From NCBI GenBank assembly GCA_000934665.2, contig JYFJ02002470.1, positions 1 to 56,421 of the forward strand: a stretch of 56,421 bases of DNA, written 5' to 3'. Below, piece by piece: positions 40,959 to 52,603 of this stretch (its first letter is position 1; the number at the start of each line of letters is the position of its first letter). The notes below the pieces were generated by a model. The model did no database searches, had not been told where the DNA came from, and was given only the letters and a program-made list of their open reading frames with translations. This DNA is from Catajapyx aquilonaris (lineage: Eukaryota). Made by a program: the position numbers and the translations under genes.

Positions 40959-42306
40959 CAAGCAAAGTAACTTTTCTTACCCTCCTGGATTTTGATAATT
41001 TTTATAATTTTAATCTGCTTGGCCTATAGTGTTGGGAAAACATCACCTCCGCTGCTAAATTCCACGTTAGCAGGGTGAAAATCCAGCCCAGCCCACGGAC
41101 ACTACCCATATCTTCTGGGCTTATCACCTGCCGAGGGATTATGCACCGGGTGCTCACTTGAGACCGCCACGAGACATTTCCCAGAGCAATTATGTGGCGA
41201 CCCTACCCAAGCCCTCCCCTTTCGTACCTATAAGGTTCAGCCTTAGTCCGGTAGGGTCGCCACATAATTGCTCTGGGAAATGTCTCGTGGCGGTCTCAAG
41301 TGAGCATCCGGTGCATAATCCTTCGGCAGGGGGTGGGTGGGGAGTGACCTAACCTGAGTCTTCTACAGCCGTGATCCAGCCTAAAGGCGATGTTCCGTAA
41401 GCCACAACACCAGCGTTCGGTCGCGAGGCGCTCGTCCCAGCTGCCCCGGTCGCGGTCGCCTTTCACCGCGTCTGTAGCTCTCTCCGGTGCCACGAAGGAG
41501 AAGGGTCATCTCCCACGCTTTGCAGTCGAAGGCGATTATAATAATGGAGAGCCAGGACAGGGGGCATAATACTACATAAGAGGCGCAAACATTCGATTCG
41601 CCTGTCTCTGTTTGATGGGGCCAACGGTGGCGGCCATTTTGAAGAGAGGCCAACGAGGTGTAAATAGGGTACAGGCAGGCCAAAGGTCTGCCATCTTTGA
41701 TGGTTTTGGCGGCTGAATTTGAATCTTTTTGCCGTATGAGCTACTTTAATGCACTTTTCTACGTATTAATTCCGTAAGTACGGCAAAAATATTAAAATTC
41801 GCCCGTGTTCTTGCCGTGAAGTGCCATGGCCGCCGCCAAAACAATCAAAGATGGCGAAGCTTTGGCCTGCCTGTACCCTATTTACACCTCGTTGGCATCT
41901 CTTCAAAATGGCCGCCACCGTTGGCCCCATGGTTGGCCCCATCAAACAGAGACAGGCGAATCGAATGTTTGCGCCTCTTATGTAGTATTATGCTACCTGT
42001 CCTGGCTCTCCATTATTATAATCGCCTTCGACTTCAAAGCGTGCGAGATGACCCTTCTCCTTCGTGGCACCGGAGAGAGCTACAGACGCGGTGAAAGGCG
42101 ACCGCGACCGGGGTAGCCGGGACGAGCCCCTCGCGACCGAACGCTGGTGTTGTGGCTTTCGTAACATTGCCTTTAGGCTGGATTTTCACCCTGCTAACGT
42201 GGAATTTAGCAGCGGAGGTGATGTTTTCTCAACACTATAGGCCAAGCAGAATTTAAATTATAAAAATTATCAAAATCCAGGAGGGTAAGAAAAGTTACTT
42301 TGCTTG
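40959..42306. mobile_element. 1.35 kb non-autonomous foldback element (~460 bp arms), TAA TSD
   Basis: 40959-41088 plus 41382-41712 is the reverse complement of ~41830-42306. Ends read TAA|CAAGCAAAGTAAC ... GTTACTTTGCTTG|TAA. Confidence 0.9.
41089..41373. mobile_element. Hairpin element nested in the left arm of the foldback, 8 bp TSD ATCCAGCC
   Basis: ATCCAGCC at 41081-41088 and 41374-41381, but only once in the opposite arm. Internal ~80 bp inverted repeat at 41128-41208 / 41250-41330. CACGG...CCGTG near the ends. Confidence 0.85.
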
Positions 42307-42660
42307 TAAGATTTACCGAACACATTCAATGGACAACAGGACACTGAATCAGAGCTGAATCAATTATACTCAAAATATTACTTCAGCATTTTAATTCCAG
42401 GAGTGAGCTTTTCAACTCAGCACAAGCAATTTTTGTAATAAAATTGGTGGAAATCATTTAGAGCAAAGCGATCTTTACCAATAATTGGGTCGTATAGCAT
42501 TGGCCTGGGATTTTGGTAATTTGTACACGAATAGCTCAACCATACAATCATATAAACACGCATTCCACCACTTTTCGGCACCAAAATGTCATTCCTCGAT
42601 TAATTATCGGGGGTTTAAAAGTCACTCCCAAATTGGCGGGAAAAACGAGGGCGTGGCCTC

Positions 42661-42842
42661 TGACAACAGTGACGTCAGCAGGCCGTTGCCTCGTTCGATT
42701 CGGCTTATTTACTGGCGGTTCCGTTCGATTCGGCTTTACTGGCGGTCGTTCGATTCCGTTGTTAGGCAACAAACAAAGGAACAAAGCAACCCGGGTGCAT
42801 TACTGCCTCTGCATGTTTTTTTTTTGACAACAGTGACGTCAG
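42661..42842. repeat. 18 bp direct repeat TGACAACAGTGACGTCAG enclosing a short tandem array
   Basis: Copies at 42661-42678 and 42825-42842. Between them, CGTTCGATTC occurs three times and TTTACTGGCGGT twice. Confidence 0.75.
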
Positions 42843-45519
42843 AGGGCAATACGATACTGTATAATTATTATGAACTTAGATCGATCATAGCGCGAAAACT
42901 ATTATGTATTTCTTCAAACAAAAAACACCACAATTCATTTAAAAATAATGACGATTTTTATATGGGTTTGAAAAATGTAGGCTAGGACCCCATAATGTGA
43001 AATGGACTGATATCTAGAGTATAAATAAATCCAAAGTCAAAGTGCAATTATTTCAAGAAGTTTGAGTGAAAAATCACTCAAATTGAACCGAAAGCCACTC
43101 GAAATATTTTAGAGTGAGATGATCATGACTTCTGTGGTTAATTCTGTACACCTTGCATGAGCGAAAAGTATTTTGTAAATGCGGTACCCTTATCTTAGTA
43201 TGCATTGCATCTAAAGCACTCATCTTGCAAGGTTTTGGAAAAATGTTTTAAAATTATAATTAACTTTAAAGTAAATAGCAGGCATATTTTATTCTCTTAC
43301 GGAAAACCAACACAGACATGTAAAATCATCCGTGTCCCCTTGTCCACTCTTATAAAGCCCATCGTTTTTATGACACGATTTATGGACCACAGAAAAAAAT
43401 TTAAATGAGAGCCAAACAGTCATTATAGGCATTCCTCTGAATTCATTTAGAAATTACAGGTTTCGTGCCCATTCCTGATAGCAACAGAATGCCTATAGTG
43501 CGAGGCAAGGAAAATCCTCTTGGAAACCACCACGAATACGCAGATAAATACTTGGAAAGCCACTAAATTAGTTTGACATAGGCCAACTGGCACAAACTTG
43601 GGGACAATAACTGCTAATTGCGCTGTCCGGGGAAAATTACGCGGCAAAAACGTAAAATTAATTCTCGCAGAAGCTCAGCTACGGAATTTCTGCTTATTAG
43701 CTCCCTTCACATGCAACTGAGATTTTCAGTGGGCTTCCTCAGCGCATTTCCTCTCTCTTGGTGGACTAATCTTCTGAAACAATTTCGGGTGTCTCTTGAC
43801 AATACCACTAAATATTGACAACGACCCAGGAACTCCAGCCATCCGCAATGCTGGTGGTCCTAACATTAGCAGACGTTGAAGTTGTGTAATGCCATCAGTC
43901 CATGTCACCTAATACCTATTAACGTATCGTCGAGTCCTTACAGACATACTGAGCGAAATTCTTTTACGTAAGTGTATAGTCTTCTCGTATAGTCCTATAT
44001 CGTCGTGGCACGGAAAATCCATGAAAGGAGTATGAATGTGCGCAAACGGTATCGGTTACGAGCCCTCTCCCATCTGGTGGAGCTGTGACGAACCCAGCAC
44101 AACATTATACCTTCCATAACCCCATCAAGCTGCAAAGGTGCACATCGTCTCTAGAAACACCAGTTATTCACCCCATTTTTTCCCCTTAAAAATGAAAAAT
44201 AATTTTACGAAAAAAATCGCTCTCATGCCGGGGGGACTTCCCATCATATTTTACTCGTTCCCCATCCTTTTCTGCACCCTCTCTTGCAAGAGCCAATTAA
44301 AGGAAGCCTTCCTCAGGGAATTTACAATTTAATCGACCATTTTTTTCCCCTTGGAGTCCAGGCCTAGGCAGATTCAAGTCCTTGAGCCAGAAGAGGACCA
44401 TTTGCACTATTGGTGGGGGTGATGTAGTTAGTGCTCGCCCCGAGTCTCGCGTTCTTATCATTTCGCGATGATTTGCATAGCCGTAAGCCCAAATGAAGGT
44501 TAATTGGGATGTAAATGGACGGCTCTAAGGCTGCCCCCTCGTGCAGCTCATGAGCTAGTCGTGCGAAAACTAAACCCTGGGGGCAATTACTATTACAGCT
44601 GTGGCTCCGCAGCCTTCCTTCCTTCTCGATAAAATAGTGCCAATGGACTAATGGCATCTGTGAGCGTGACACAGGACGGGGCTCAAATCGTTATTCAACT
44701 GTCTGCTTCAGCTAATGCGGATGACATTATGTCGCTCACTTAAAAGGCCACACAAGTTAGCTTCACTGAGCACTATGTAGCCTATTTTACTCACTCTTGC
44801 ATTGATTACACATGCGACGTTTTATTCACTTGTTTACACAAGGTGTAATGACAGTACAAAATATGAGGGTGAAACCAGAAGTAAAGGATAGCGTTATGAT
44901 TTTGATTATTGCCTCCACATTTCTCACACAAGTACAATGATGATCATCAACTGATGATTATTCCAACTCAATTGAGAATTAATAATGCGACAGAAGAAAA
45001 TTAACTGCACAGAGAATGTGATTGTTGGCACAAGTTAACTCTACGCCATCTTCCATATTATTGCCCCTTTTTGCATTCCAGCAAGACAACATACTCTACA
45101 AGACGTCCCTCATATTCCACCTGACCAACTAGCAAAATTATTTGCTTATATTGCTTCTTGTTCACGATAAGTAAATAATATTTCATTAAAAAATAAAGGA
45201 TCTTGCAACCTTGTTCGCAAAATGGGGTAACCCATAAAATTGAAAAATTAAATGAGAAATTAATAATTCCACAATTAATACCATTAATGGAAATTTCAGT
45301 GGACAACTTTCAACCTTAAAAATTGCTCATCTTTTATCATCTAGCTGTATAAAAATAAAGATCTTTAAATGCTCCTATCACGTTCTGTGCCCTTTTGAAA
45401 TTTGCAAAAGCTATTTTTCAAATCCGAATTTCTTTGTTGGGAATCTAAATATGCAAAAATTAGGTTTCACTTTTCAGCTATAATTTTATGAGAAATTCTT
45501 TGACATTTTTCTAAGTTAA

Positions 45520-45775
45520 CTTCACTCTGGTGCACAGGGAATCAAGGAGATTGGGTAAGGATAGGGATTTTCGGGGAGGGGACACGGTCCAGGTGCAATG
45601 TCTTAACCTTTGGGCCATGCGCAGTCCCCCAGGAGGTTAGGTTGCCAGACACCTCCAAGGTGCAGGTCAGAGACCCTCCTGACGCAGGTGAAAGGGAACT
45701 CCCAGGCGGGGATCGAACCTGGGACCTTTCACTCAGCAAGCCGAGACGTTACAATCTCGGCCACTGCACTTCCCC
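45520..45775 (-). mobile_element. tRNA-derived SINE (distinct family; 3' boundary approximate)
   Basis: Minus strand reads GGGGAAGTGCAGTGGCCGAGATTGT...AGGTTCGATCCCCGCC (A and B boxes), followed by a GC-rich body. Confidence 0.75.
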
Positions 45776-46319
45776 GATAATTTCATACTACCAACATGTT
45801 ATGAACAAAATTACATTTTTTTATTAAAAAAATGGACCATCTACCAGGTTGTACCACTTCATATGTAGATTGACCGGTCGTATTTTTACTTTTCCAAGAA
45901 AAAAAGTTGCACTCTCGTTATTAAGAGTATGCCAAACACTCGAAAGGTACTTAAAATGTATCAGATCTTGTTACTTCGGTGATTTAGATCTTAAGATTCT
46001 TATTTATCAGATCGTAGATCTTAATGTCGGTAACTAAGAACAGGCGAACACCTGATCAATTGATTTTAACAGCTGGAGATTGATGATGTGAAATCTTAAA
46101 GACAGTCACTCATGGCTCCATTTACAATAATCATTTTTTTTTACAAAATGTAGTTTATTTTCAAAATCAAAAAATTAGAAGTTTCCCAATATAAATTCCA
46201 AATACATGAGCCTTAAAACATATTCAGGGTGTCACCTTTGCATCTCACATTAATATTCACGCATTGTGCCGTAAGAAGCTCTAATTTTAATAAAATAAAA
46301 ATATTCACTTGGGTATTAA

Positions 46320-46596
46320 TAATTCATACCCCGTTATCAGCCTGTCGGCTCTTTAGGGGGGAAGTTTTTGTTTTGCCTGGAACTCTGCTTTCATTTTACT
46401 GCGCCTTTTGGGATAGGATAGGGACGGAAGGAAGCGGCTGTGGCCTATTAATTACGGAAGCAACTCCGGAATTTTCCTGGAAGGACCGTGGGAAACCACA
46501 GAAAACCACGGTCAGAGTTGCCGGCCCCGGGATTCGAACCCAGGACCTCCCGATTAGCAGTCGGACGCCTTATCCACTATGCCAACCTGCTTCGGT
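46320..46596 (-). mobile_element. tRNA-derived SINE, same head and body as the copy at 53380
   Basis: A box TGGCATAGTGG, B box GGTTCGAATCC, and 16 bp TSD TTCACTTGGGTATTAA at 46304-46319 and 46597-46612. Confidence 0.92.
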
Positions 46597-47490
46597 TTCA
46601 CTTGGGTATTAAATATTAATAATAATAATTTCCTTCCACGTAATGTAGACAACTTGCTATACTGTATGTTACAGTGAAAACTTTCCAGCCTGATGTGGAA
46701 GCTGCATAGAGCAGACAAAAGTATGAAAAGAGCACTTTGGCAAAATTTGGTTACATTAGGCGCTACTTTTCTCCGTGAATGCCTAATTGTGATGGAGCAA
46801 ATCTCAATAAAAGTTTGTAAATTTCTTGATATAATATCTGATATGCCTATTAACGAATTGGTACTTGTTTGTGTTTCATTAGCAATAAATTTGTGAAAAT
46901 TTGTTGATTCCCGGTAGAGTACTTTATTCATTGGCCGACTTTTAAATATTTTCTGCGAAAGAACTACTTATAACTTCTATAACACAAGTAGTATATAGGT
47001 TACATTATTTCTAAAATCTGCCTCGTCGGGGATTTTTGTTTTCATTCCTGTAAAATCACCTTATATGGTGTAGCTAATATTACTGTGTGTTGATGGCAAC
47101 AAATGGGCTGCGTGGATGCATCAGATGATTTTTTAAAGCACATTTTCTGGACTACCACTTTTCAGTTATTGTCTGTATTGAAGTGTACTGTGTCCAAATT
47201 AGACTATGAAGTAACATTTGAATTTTTTAACTCCTTACTTCTTATTGTTCAACAATTATTTTGCAACTGCAGCTATAGATCTTGATCGTATGAATCAAGT
47301 TACCTAGCTAACCAATGTCCATATCAGTCAAGAGGAATAACACTCATGAATGAAAGGTATAGGAAGTATGAGAACTGACTCTCTCAATTTTTTGGATTAT
47401 TAATTTTCAAGACTGGCGGAGTGGCGCAGCAGTCCTGGGTTCGATCCCAAGCCGGGGTTCATCTCGTGCCAAGAAGTTTGAGGGTCTTTA

Positions 47491-47613
47491 TAGATGGGTC
47501 GGTGAACGAACGCAAACGGGTGGCCAATTTTATTACAGGAATTACATTACAAACTGTATTCCGACCTGTAATAAAATTGGCCATCTGCTTGCGTTCGTTC
47601 ACCGACCCATCTA
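47491..47613. mobile_element. MITE with ~50 bp TIRs and TA (or TATA) flanks
   Basis: TAGATGGGTCGGTGAACGAACGCAA...TTGCGTTCGTTCACCGACCCATCTA, near-perfect arms. Confidence 0.85.
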
Positions 47614-47713
47614 TAGATAGCTTCGTCTTGGGTTGGGCGTCAGGTAGAGTAATGCACAATTAATACTAGCAAAAGTATCGCGCCTGGTGCCCAATATGGG
47701 CTGTGCACTAATC

Positions 47714-47740
47714 CTATTATTATTATTATTATCATTATTA

Positions 47741-47800
<60 letters not shown>

Positions 47801-47853
47801 ATTATTTTTGTTACTTTTATTTTTACTAATTAATTATTTAATTTAATTATTTT

Positions 47854-47890
<37 letters not shown>

Positions 47891-47895
47891 TTATT
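47714..47895. repeat. (TTA)n/(TTTA)n microsatellite
   Basis: Directly visible. Confidence 0.95.
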
Positions 47896-48599
47896 ACTAC
47901 TACCCAAGACTGTCAGTCTATTGTGAAAAATTAACGAAAGCTATTTATTGGATTCGATGGGTCTATTAGTGTCCGAAAAATGTTGTCACAAGGGTTGTGA
48001 GTTTCAGGACAACACAGAAAAAAAAAAAATATTCGAGTAGACTAATATTGGCATATTGTAAGAGCCAAATATTTTGCAACAAATCATAAGTAATGTCACT
48101 GTCGCATTCGCGTTTTCAGTGCATTTCATTGATATATTATAATATGATGCAAGTGTTTCCAAAAATATCATTACAAAATGTTTGGCAGGTAATGTCATTG
48201 TTGAGAGCCCACATCATCCGATATTACTCAAATTTCAATAGGGATCTTTATATTACCTTAAAAATACAATTTGGGAACGGTTCAGCCATTGCCATTTCCT
48301 GTGCTGAGGTGAGGGGTCATGGTATAATTACTGAAAGAAAATTAACACATGTAAGCGATAATTCAATAAATTTTTGTTGACCTGATGGCCTACAGGTTTG
48401 AACTCAGCTGATCTAGACACTCATAGAAGTGCTCAAGTACGTAGGCTACTCTCTAAAATTCTCTCACTTTCTATACTATTTTTACGGCGTATAATGGTAT
48501 ATTACGTGTAGCATCGTTTCATACCTCGAAAAGTATCATAGCTCATAAGCAAAGCGTGACAAAGACGCTTCTTGTTATCGTCCTCAGTTATCGCGGTGG

Positions 48600-48700
48600 A
48601 TGATCCGAAGTGGGCGGGATTGAGAGGAGGCGACATGCTGGGCGGAATGGGTAGAAGCTGCCTTTACACCTCGGTTGTTCTAAACTTTGTAAATGCTTCT
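48600..48700 (+). promoter_or_regulatory. Possible GC-box promoter region of the orphan gene
   Basis: Two GGGCGG motifs in a local CpG-containing patch about 1 kb upstream of the ATG. No transcript evidence. Confidence 0.2.
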
Positions 48701-49710
48701 ACCAAGATACGTTTTACGAATGAACGTGTTCCCACAGTAATATTTGGTTAATAGTATGTCACAAGGGAGAGAGAGGTGCATGTTGAATCCTTTTTTTCTG
48801 CTTAATTTTTCCCCAAATTATTTTCATTTGCTTGCTGAGATTTTATCACTTTTGATGATCTGCAGTTTCCTCTTTATTTTTATATCAATCACTAAATCTT
48901 CAACTTATTTACTAAATTATTACTGCAAGTAATTCAACCCATCCCATCACGAGTGAGGGAGGTTAACTGATGATGTGGGGTACATTGAATCGTTGTATCA
49001 TTGCAAGTAAGTGGGTGAATTATTGTATGGAAAAATGTGAGTTATTTTGTGAGACAATAAGAAACACTTAGGAGGAGGATGAATCCATAATTTCAACAAA
49101 AAACTCTAATATTAGCCAATGACAATACCAAGTTCATGTTCTGTATGAAAATAGGAAATTTTTATGAGTGCAACCGAGTGCACACCCATATACTCGCGAA
49201 GTCCATTGTTGCGACAACAACGTTGCCACAGTTACTTCTCAGGGGCCTCTAAAGTTCGTTCCAGAGCATTGGCAACATCGAAAAAGATGGCCATATTGTT
49301 ACTCCATCAAGCTTAGTGTTGGAAACAAATTGCGCGAACTTTGTTGCGCACTCGGTTGGATTCATTTAAAAAATTTAATGAATTACTCGCATATTGTCGC
49401 AGCCTCATTGTCATTCATTGTTAGAGTGACGTCGTGGCATTATTTCGCTGAATAAACTACAGTGTATCATTAATGAAATTCAAGTGTCTCAAAAAATAGT
49501 ACTCCATGGGCTTCTATCTCGAGAACCGAGCATCACACTTTTATTACTGATATACACATGACCGCAGATGTGGTTATCCACGAAAACAGGGCCCATCTAT
49601 AGTATGCTCCATTGTTGATGGTGGCAACATTGGCCCACGTCGTTAGTTTCTCAGCAACAGACCTGGATAAACAGACTAAGTTAGGTTATTGAAGAGTCCG
49701 GACGTTCAAG

Positions 49711-50904
49711 ATGAGTGATCCGGACGAAAAGGATTTAAATGAAGACATTTTGTATGAAGAGCTTCGAGAATACATACGTAACAATGTTCCTCTATCAACA
49801 CCTGCCACTAAACCAGTGCTGGTGAAACCCATTGTACCGGAACGCCTTGTGAAGACCGATAAGCCGGAAGACAAGCCTGAAGATGAGGCCGACCCGAAGC
49901 TTAGGCCTAGAACCGTACATTCCTCGCATACCCAGCCGGAGAACAGGTATTCACACCCTAACTCTAAACCTGGAACCACACGTCCCTCGAGTACCCTGTC
50001 TAAGTACATGGATAAGGAGAAGTCAATCCCAGAATTGAATGATAAAACTGTACGTGCATTGTGCCAGGATGCTATCCGAGATATGGCACAGCGAACCATA
50101 CGTTCCTTGTATACTCCTAAGCCGAAGAAAAAACCTGACATGGAGGGCGTACCAGAGTTGGTTATACGTCCCTTGTCCATCCGTAAGGCGGAGGACTTCC
50201 CAACGTTGCCTAGAACCGGACGTTCTTCGAGCGCCCATCGGCCGCAGGCCAAGAATGACCTGGGAATCGTTATACATTTGAAGCCTAGAACCGTACGTTC
50301 CTTGAGCTGCTGTATGTCGCAGGACACGTCTGACAAGAATACCATAGCGTTGACCGGACGTTCCTTGTACACCATTAAGCAGGAGGACACGTTTGACAAT
50401 AAGGATGTTCTCCAGATGAAGCCAAGTTCCGCATGTAGCACCTTGAGCACCCCTGAGCAGGAGGACACGTCTGACAAGAATACCATAGCATTGATCGGAC
50501 GTTCATTGTACACCATTAGGCAGGAGGACACGTCTGACAAGAATACCATAGCATTGACCGGACGTTCATTGTACACCATTAAGCAGAAGGACAAGTTTGA
50601 CAATAAGGATGTTCTCCAGATGAAGCCAAGTTCCGCATGTAGCACCTTGAGCACCTCTGAGCAGGAGGACACGTCTGACACGAAGACCCCAGAGTTGACT
50701 GGAAGTTCAGAGAGCAGCACCCAGCATAAGCAGGATGACGAGGAAGATATCCTCGAGATGGAGCAGACCTCGAGCACCAATACGCTGCTGAACATGTCTG
50801 ACACTAAGACCGCCTTAGATATGACGATACGTTCCTTGTGTAGCACCTATTATAAGCTGGAGGACATGCCTGAGGAGGATGGCCCAGTGTTGAAGCAGAG
50901 TACC
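49711..50904 (+). CDS. Coding exon 1 (398 codons) of a six-exon orphan gene, about 667 aa; S/T/D/K-rich repeat protein
   Basis: Longest ORF in the window (411 aa). ATG lies in CAAGATGA context. A strong donor ACC|GTAAGT at 50905 comes before the ORF's stop and is phase 0. Confidence 0.85.
50320..50780 (+). repeat. Coding higher-order tandem repeat: 63 nt (A) and 78 nt (B) units, order A-B-A-A-B-A'-B'
   Basis: Near-identical DNA copies of QEDTSDKNTIALTGRSLYTIK and QEDTFDNKDVLQMKPSSACSTLSTPE. Confidence 0.9.
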
Positions 50905-50995
50905 GTAAGTTCATCAAATTTGAACTCCATTCATGTTGGCCAATAGTTGCAATAGTTTAGCACATATGATTAACTTGTCCAATTTGATTTTATAG

Positions 50996-51124
50996 CGCCC
51001 AAAGACAGATGAACCAAAACTGGAAGCCAAGTATGGAATCAATGTTTCTTTGGAGAATCTGAAAAGGAAACGGGCACCAAAGCTGCTGCGAGCATGGCGA
51101 AAGACTGCTGAATGGCTCGAGCTA
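50996..51124 (+). CDS. Coding exon 2 (RPKTDEPKLEAKYGINVSLENLKRKRAPKLLRAWRKTAEWLEL)
   Basis: Acceptor TTTTATAG|, 129 nt open in frame, donor |GTGAGT. Follows a 91 nt intron. Confidence 0.8.
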
Positions 51125-51448
51125 GTGAGTCACCTTTATCTACTTTACATTTTTGAGTTATTTTTATTCGATATGCGAGAGTAATATCCACTCATTTTCT
51201 TTCAAAAACTCTCAAAATGGCTCAACATTTTTTGCTCTCACTTGGAATTGAAACTTGCACACGCAATATTTTCTTTTAGTGTGACGCATGGTTTTTGTTA
51301 AAATTGTACATATTTATGCATCAGTGCTTTAGTTATTAATTGACAGACTCGTGTTAATTTCAGTGTTCTCCTTCCCATTCGTGGTCACCAATGTGCCACT
51401 GATTGGTCATTATCCGGGCTTGATATTTTAATTTGATTATGGTTACAG

Positions 51449-51628
51449 TTAAAGCCTGGTGATCCTGAGTCCGAGAAATTGAAGAATTGGGCATATGAGC
51501 CAATAAAGCCCCTGAAGACAGCACCAGCACCGATCCCAAAGGAAAAGTCTAAGCACAGCAAGCCTCATGTGCATGATAGTCATATGACTAAAGAGGGGTA
51601 CCAGGTACCACGTTCTCCAAAGTTTCCT
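51449..51628 (+). CDS. Coding exon 3 (LKPGDPESEKLKNWAYEP...PRSPKFP)
   Basis: Acceptor ATGGTTACAG|, 180 nt open in frame with ORF 51479-51673, donor |GTCAGT. Confidence 0.75.
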
Positions 51629-51775
51629 GTCAGTATACCTTTTTCTACCATGTCTGAGATTGATTTTGGGTGATGGTGCATCTGCCGTTTTTCATGACGT
51701 GTAAAGGAGAAATCTACAGAGTATCAGGTGAAAAGGATATCGTATTGTATAGTGTCGTATCCTCTTCATCTGGTA

Positions 51776-51909
51776 CAGTGGTGGAAATTAATGGAGAAAC
51801 GCAAGTATCGCCACCTGGCTGAGTGTCCTTCGACATGAAGCAGCTTCATGTAGAGGAAAATCTCCACCAGTTGGTGATACTTGTGCTTCTCCATTAATTT
51901 CCATCACTT
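51776..51909. mobile_element. Tc1/mariner-type palindromic MITE in intron 3
   Basis: TA|CAGTGGTGGAAATTAATGGAGAA...TTCTCCATTAATTTCCATCACTT|TA. The paralogous intron position near 53010 lacks it. Confidence 0.8.
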
Positions 51910-52603
51910 TACTCCATAGATATCTTCTGAATCATCAAAATATGGCAGGCACGGTAATGAATGTACAGTTCATACGAGTATATTGAATTGAATAGAAATT
52001 ATTGGGAAATGTATTGAATTAAGAAGAATGAGAGAAATTGGAAGATAAAAATGTGCAGTATTGAGCTAAATCAGAATTGATAAAGGGACCAATTCAATTC
52101 AGATGCATTTCATTCACTAGCCCGCCCACTTGTAACAGTTTTGGGACAAAATATAGTGTGTGAAAAATCAAGGAACGAAGCGTGCTGTAATATGATATAC
52201 TGTATTATGAGGTAGTTATAGTGTTATATTGGGGCTCCATTTGAGTGATTTTCACTCAAGATGATCCTGAAGTACGGTGTACTTTATACCTTTGTGATTT
52301 ATTTTCATTCGATATACGAGTCCAATCTGATGCTCAAATTACTAAGAAATAGTTCACGCCCGCGACTAATTTTCACTCATTTCTTTACCTAAATCGCTCT
52401 AAATTAGCTAACTATTATAACTCGCTTCTGGAATTGACATTTTTCTGCAGTTCAAAGCATGTTTTTCCCATATTTATACATTCACTAACCTTTTTTAAAA
52501 AAACCAGCGCTAGTATTAATATCAGTTACCTCCTTCCCATTTGAGGTGACCCTTGTGATGACCCTGGCTTCATACTTTAATTTTTCTGTTATTTTGGTTA
52601 CAG

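Larger units (their letters stand above)
47415..47895 (+). mobile_element. Degenerate tRNA-derived SINE interrupted by a MITE, with an expanded (TTA)n tail
   Basis: TGGCGCAG...GGGTTCGATCCC head with a shortened A-B spacer, a 3' stem GCCCA-ATA-TGGGC, then a long TTA/TTTA microsatellite. Confidence 0.65.

Noticed and set aside
41296..42116. Near-identical ORFs on opposite strands (CLYPIYTSLASLQNGRHRWPH)
   Set aside because: A consequence of the foldback arms; no transposase motifs.
42690..42770. CRISPR-like repeat-spacer pattern
   Set aside because: Repeats are only ~10 bp, the spacers are themselves repeated, there are no cas genes and the context is eukaryotic.
49686..50846. 386 aa minus-strand ORF
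   Set aside because: Antisense shadow of repetitive exon 1. The + strand has the ATG context, splice chain and polyA signal.
49711..50946. 411 aa ORF as a complete single-exon gene
   Set aside because: A strong donor at 50905 and five downstream in-frame exons indicate splicing; the last 13 codons are probably intronic.
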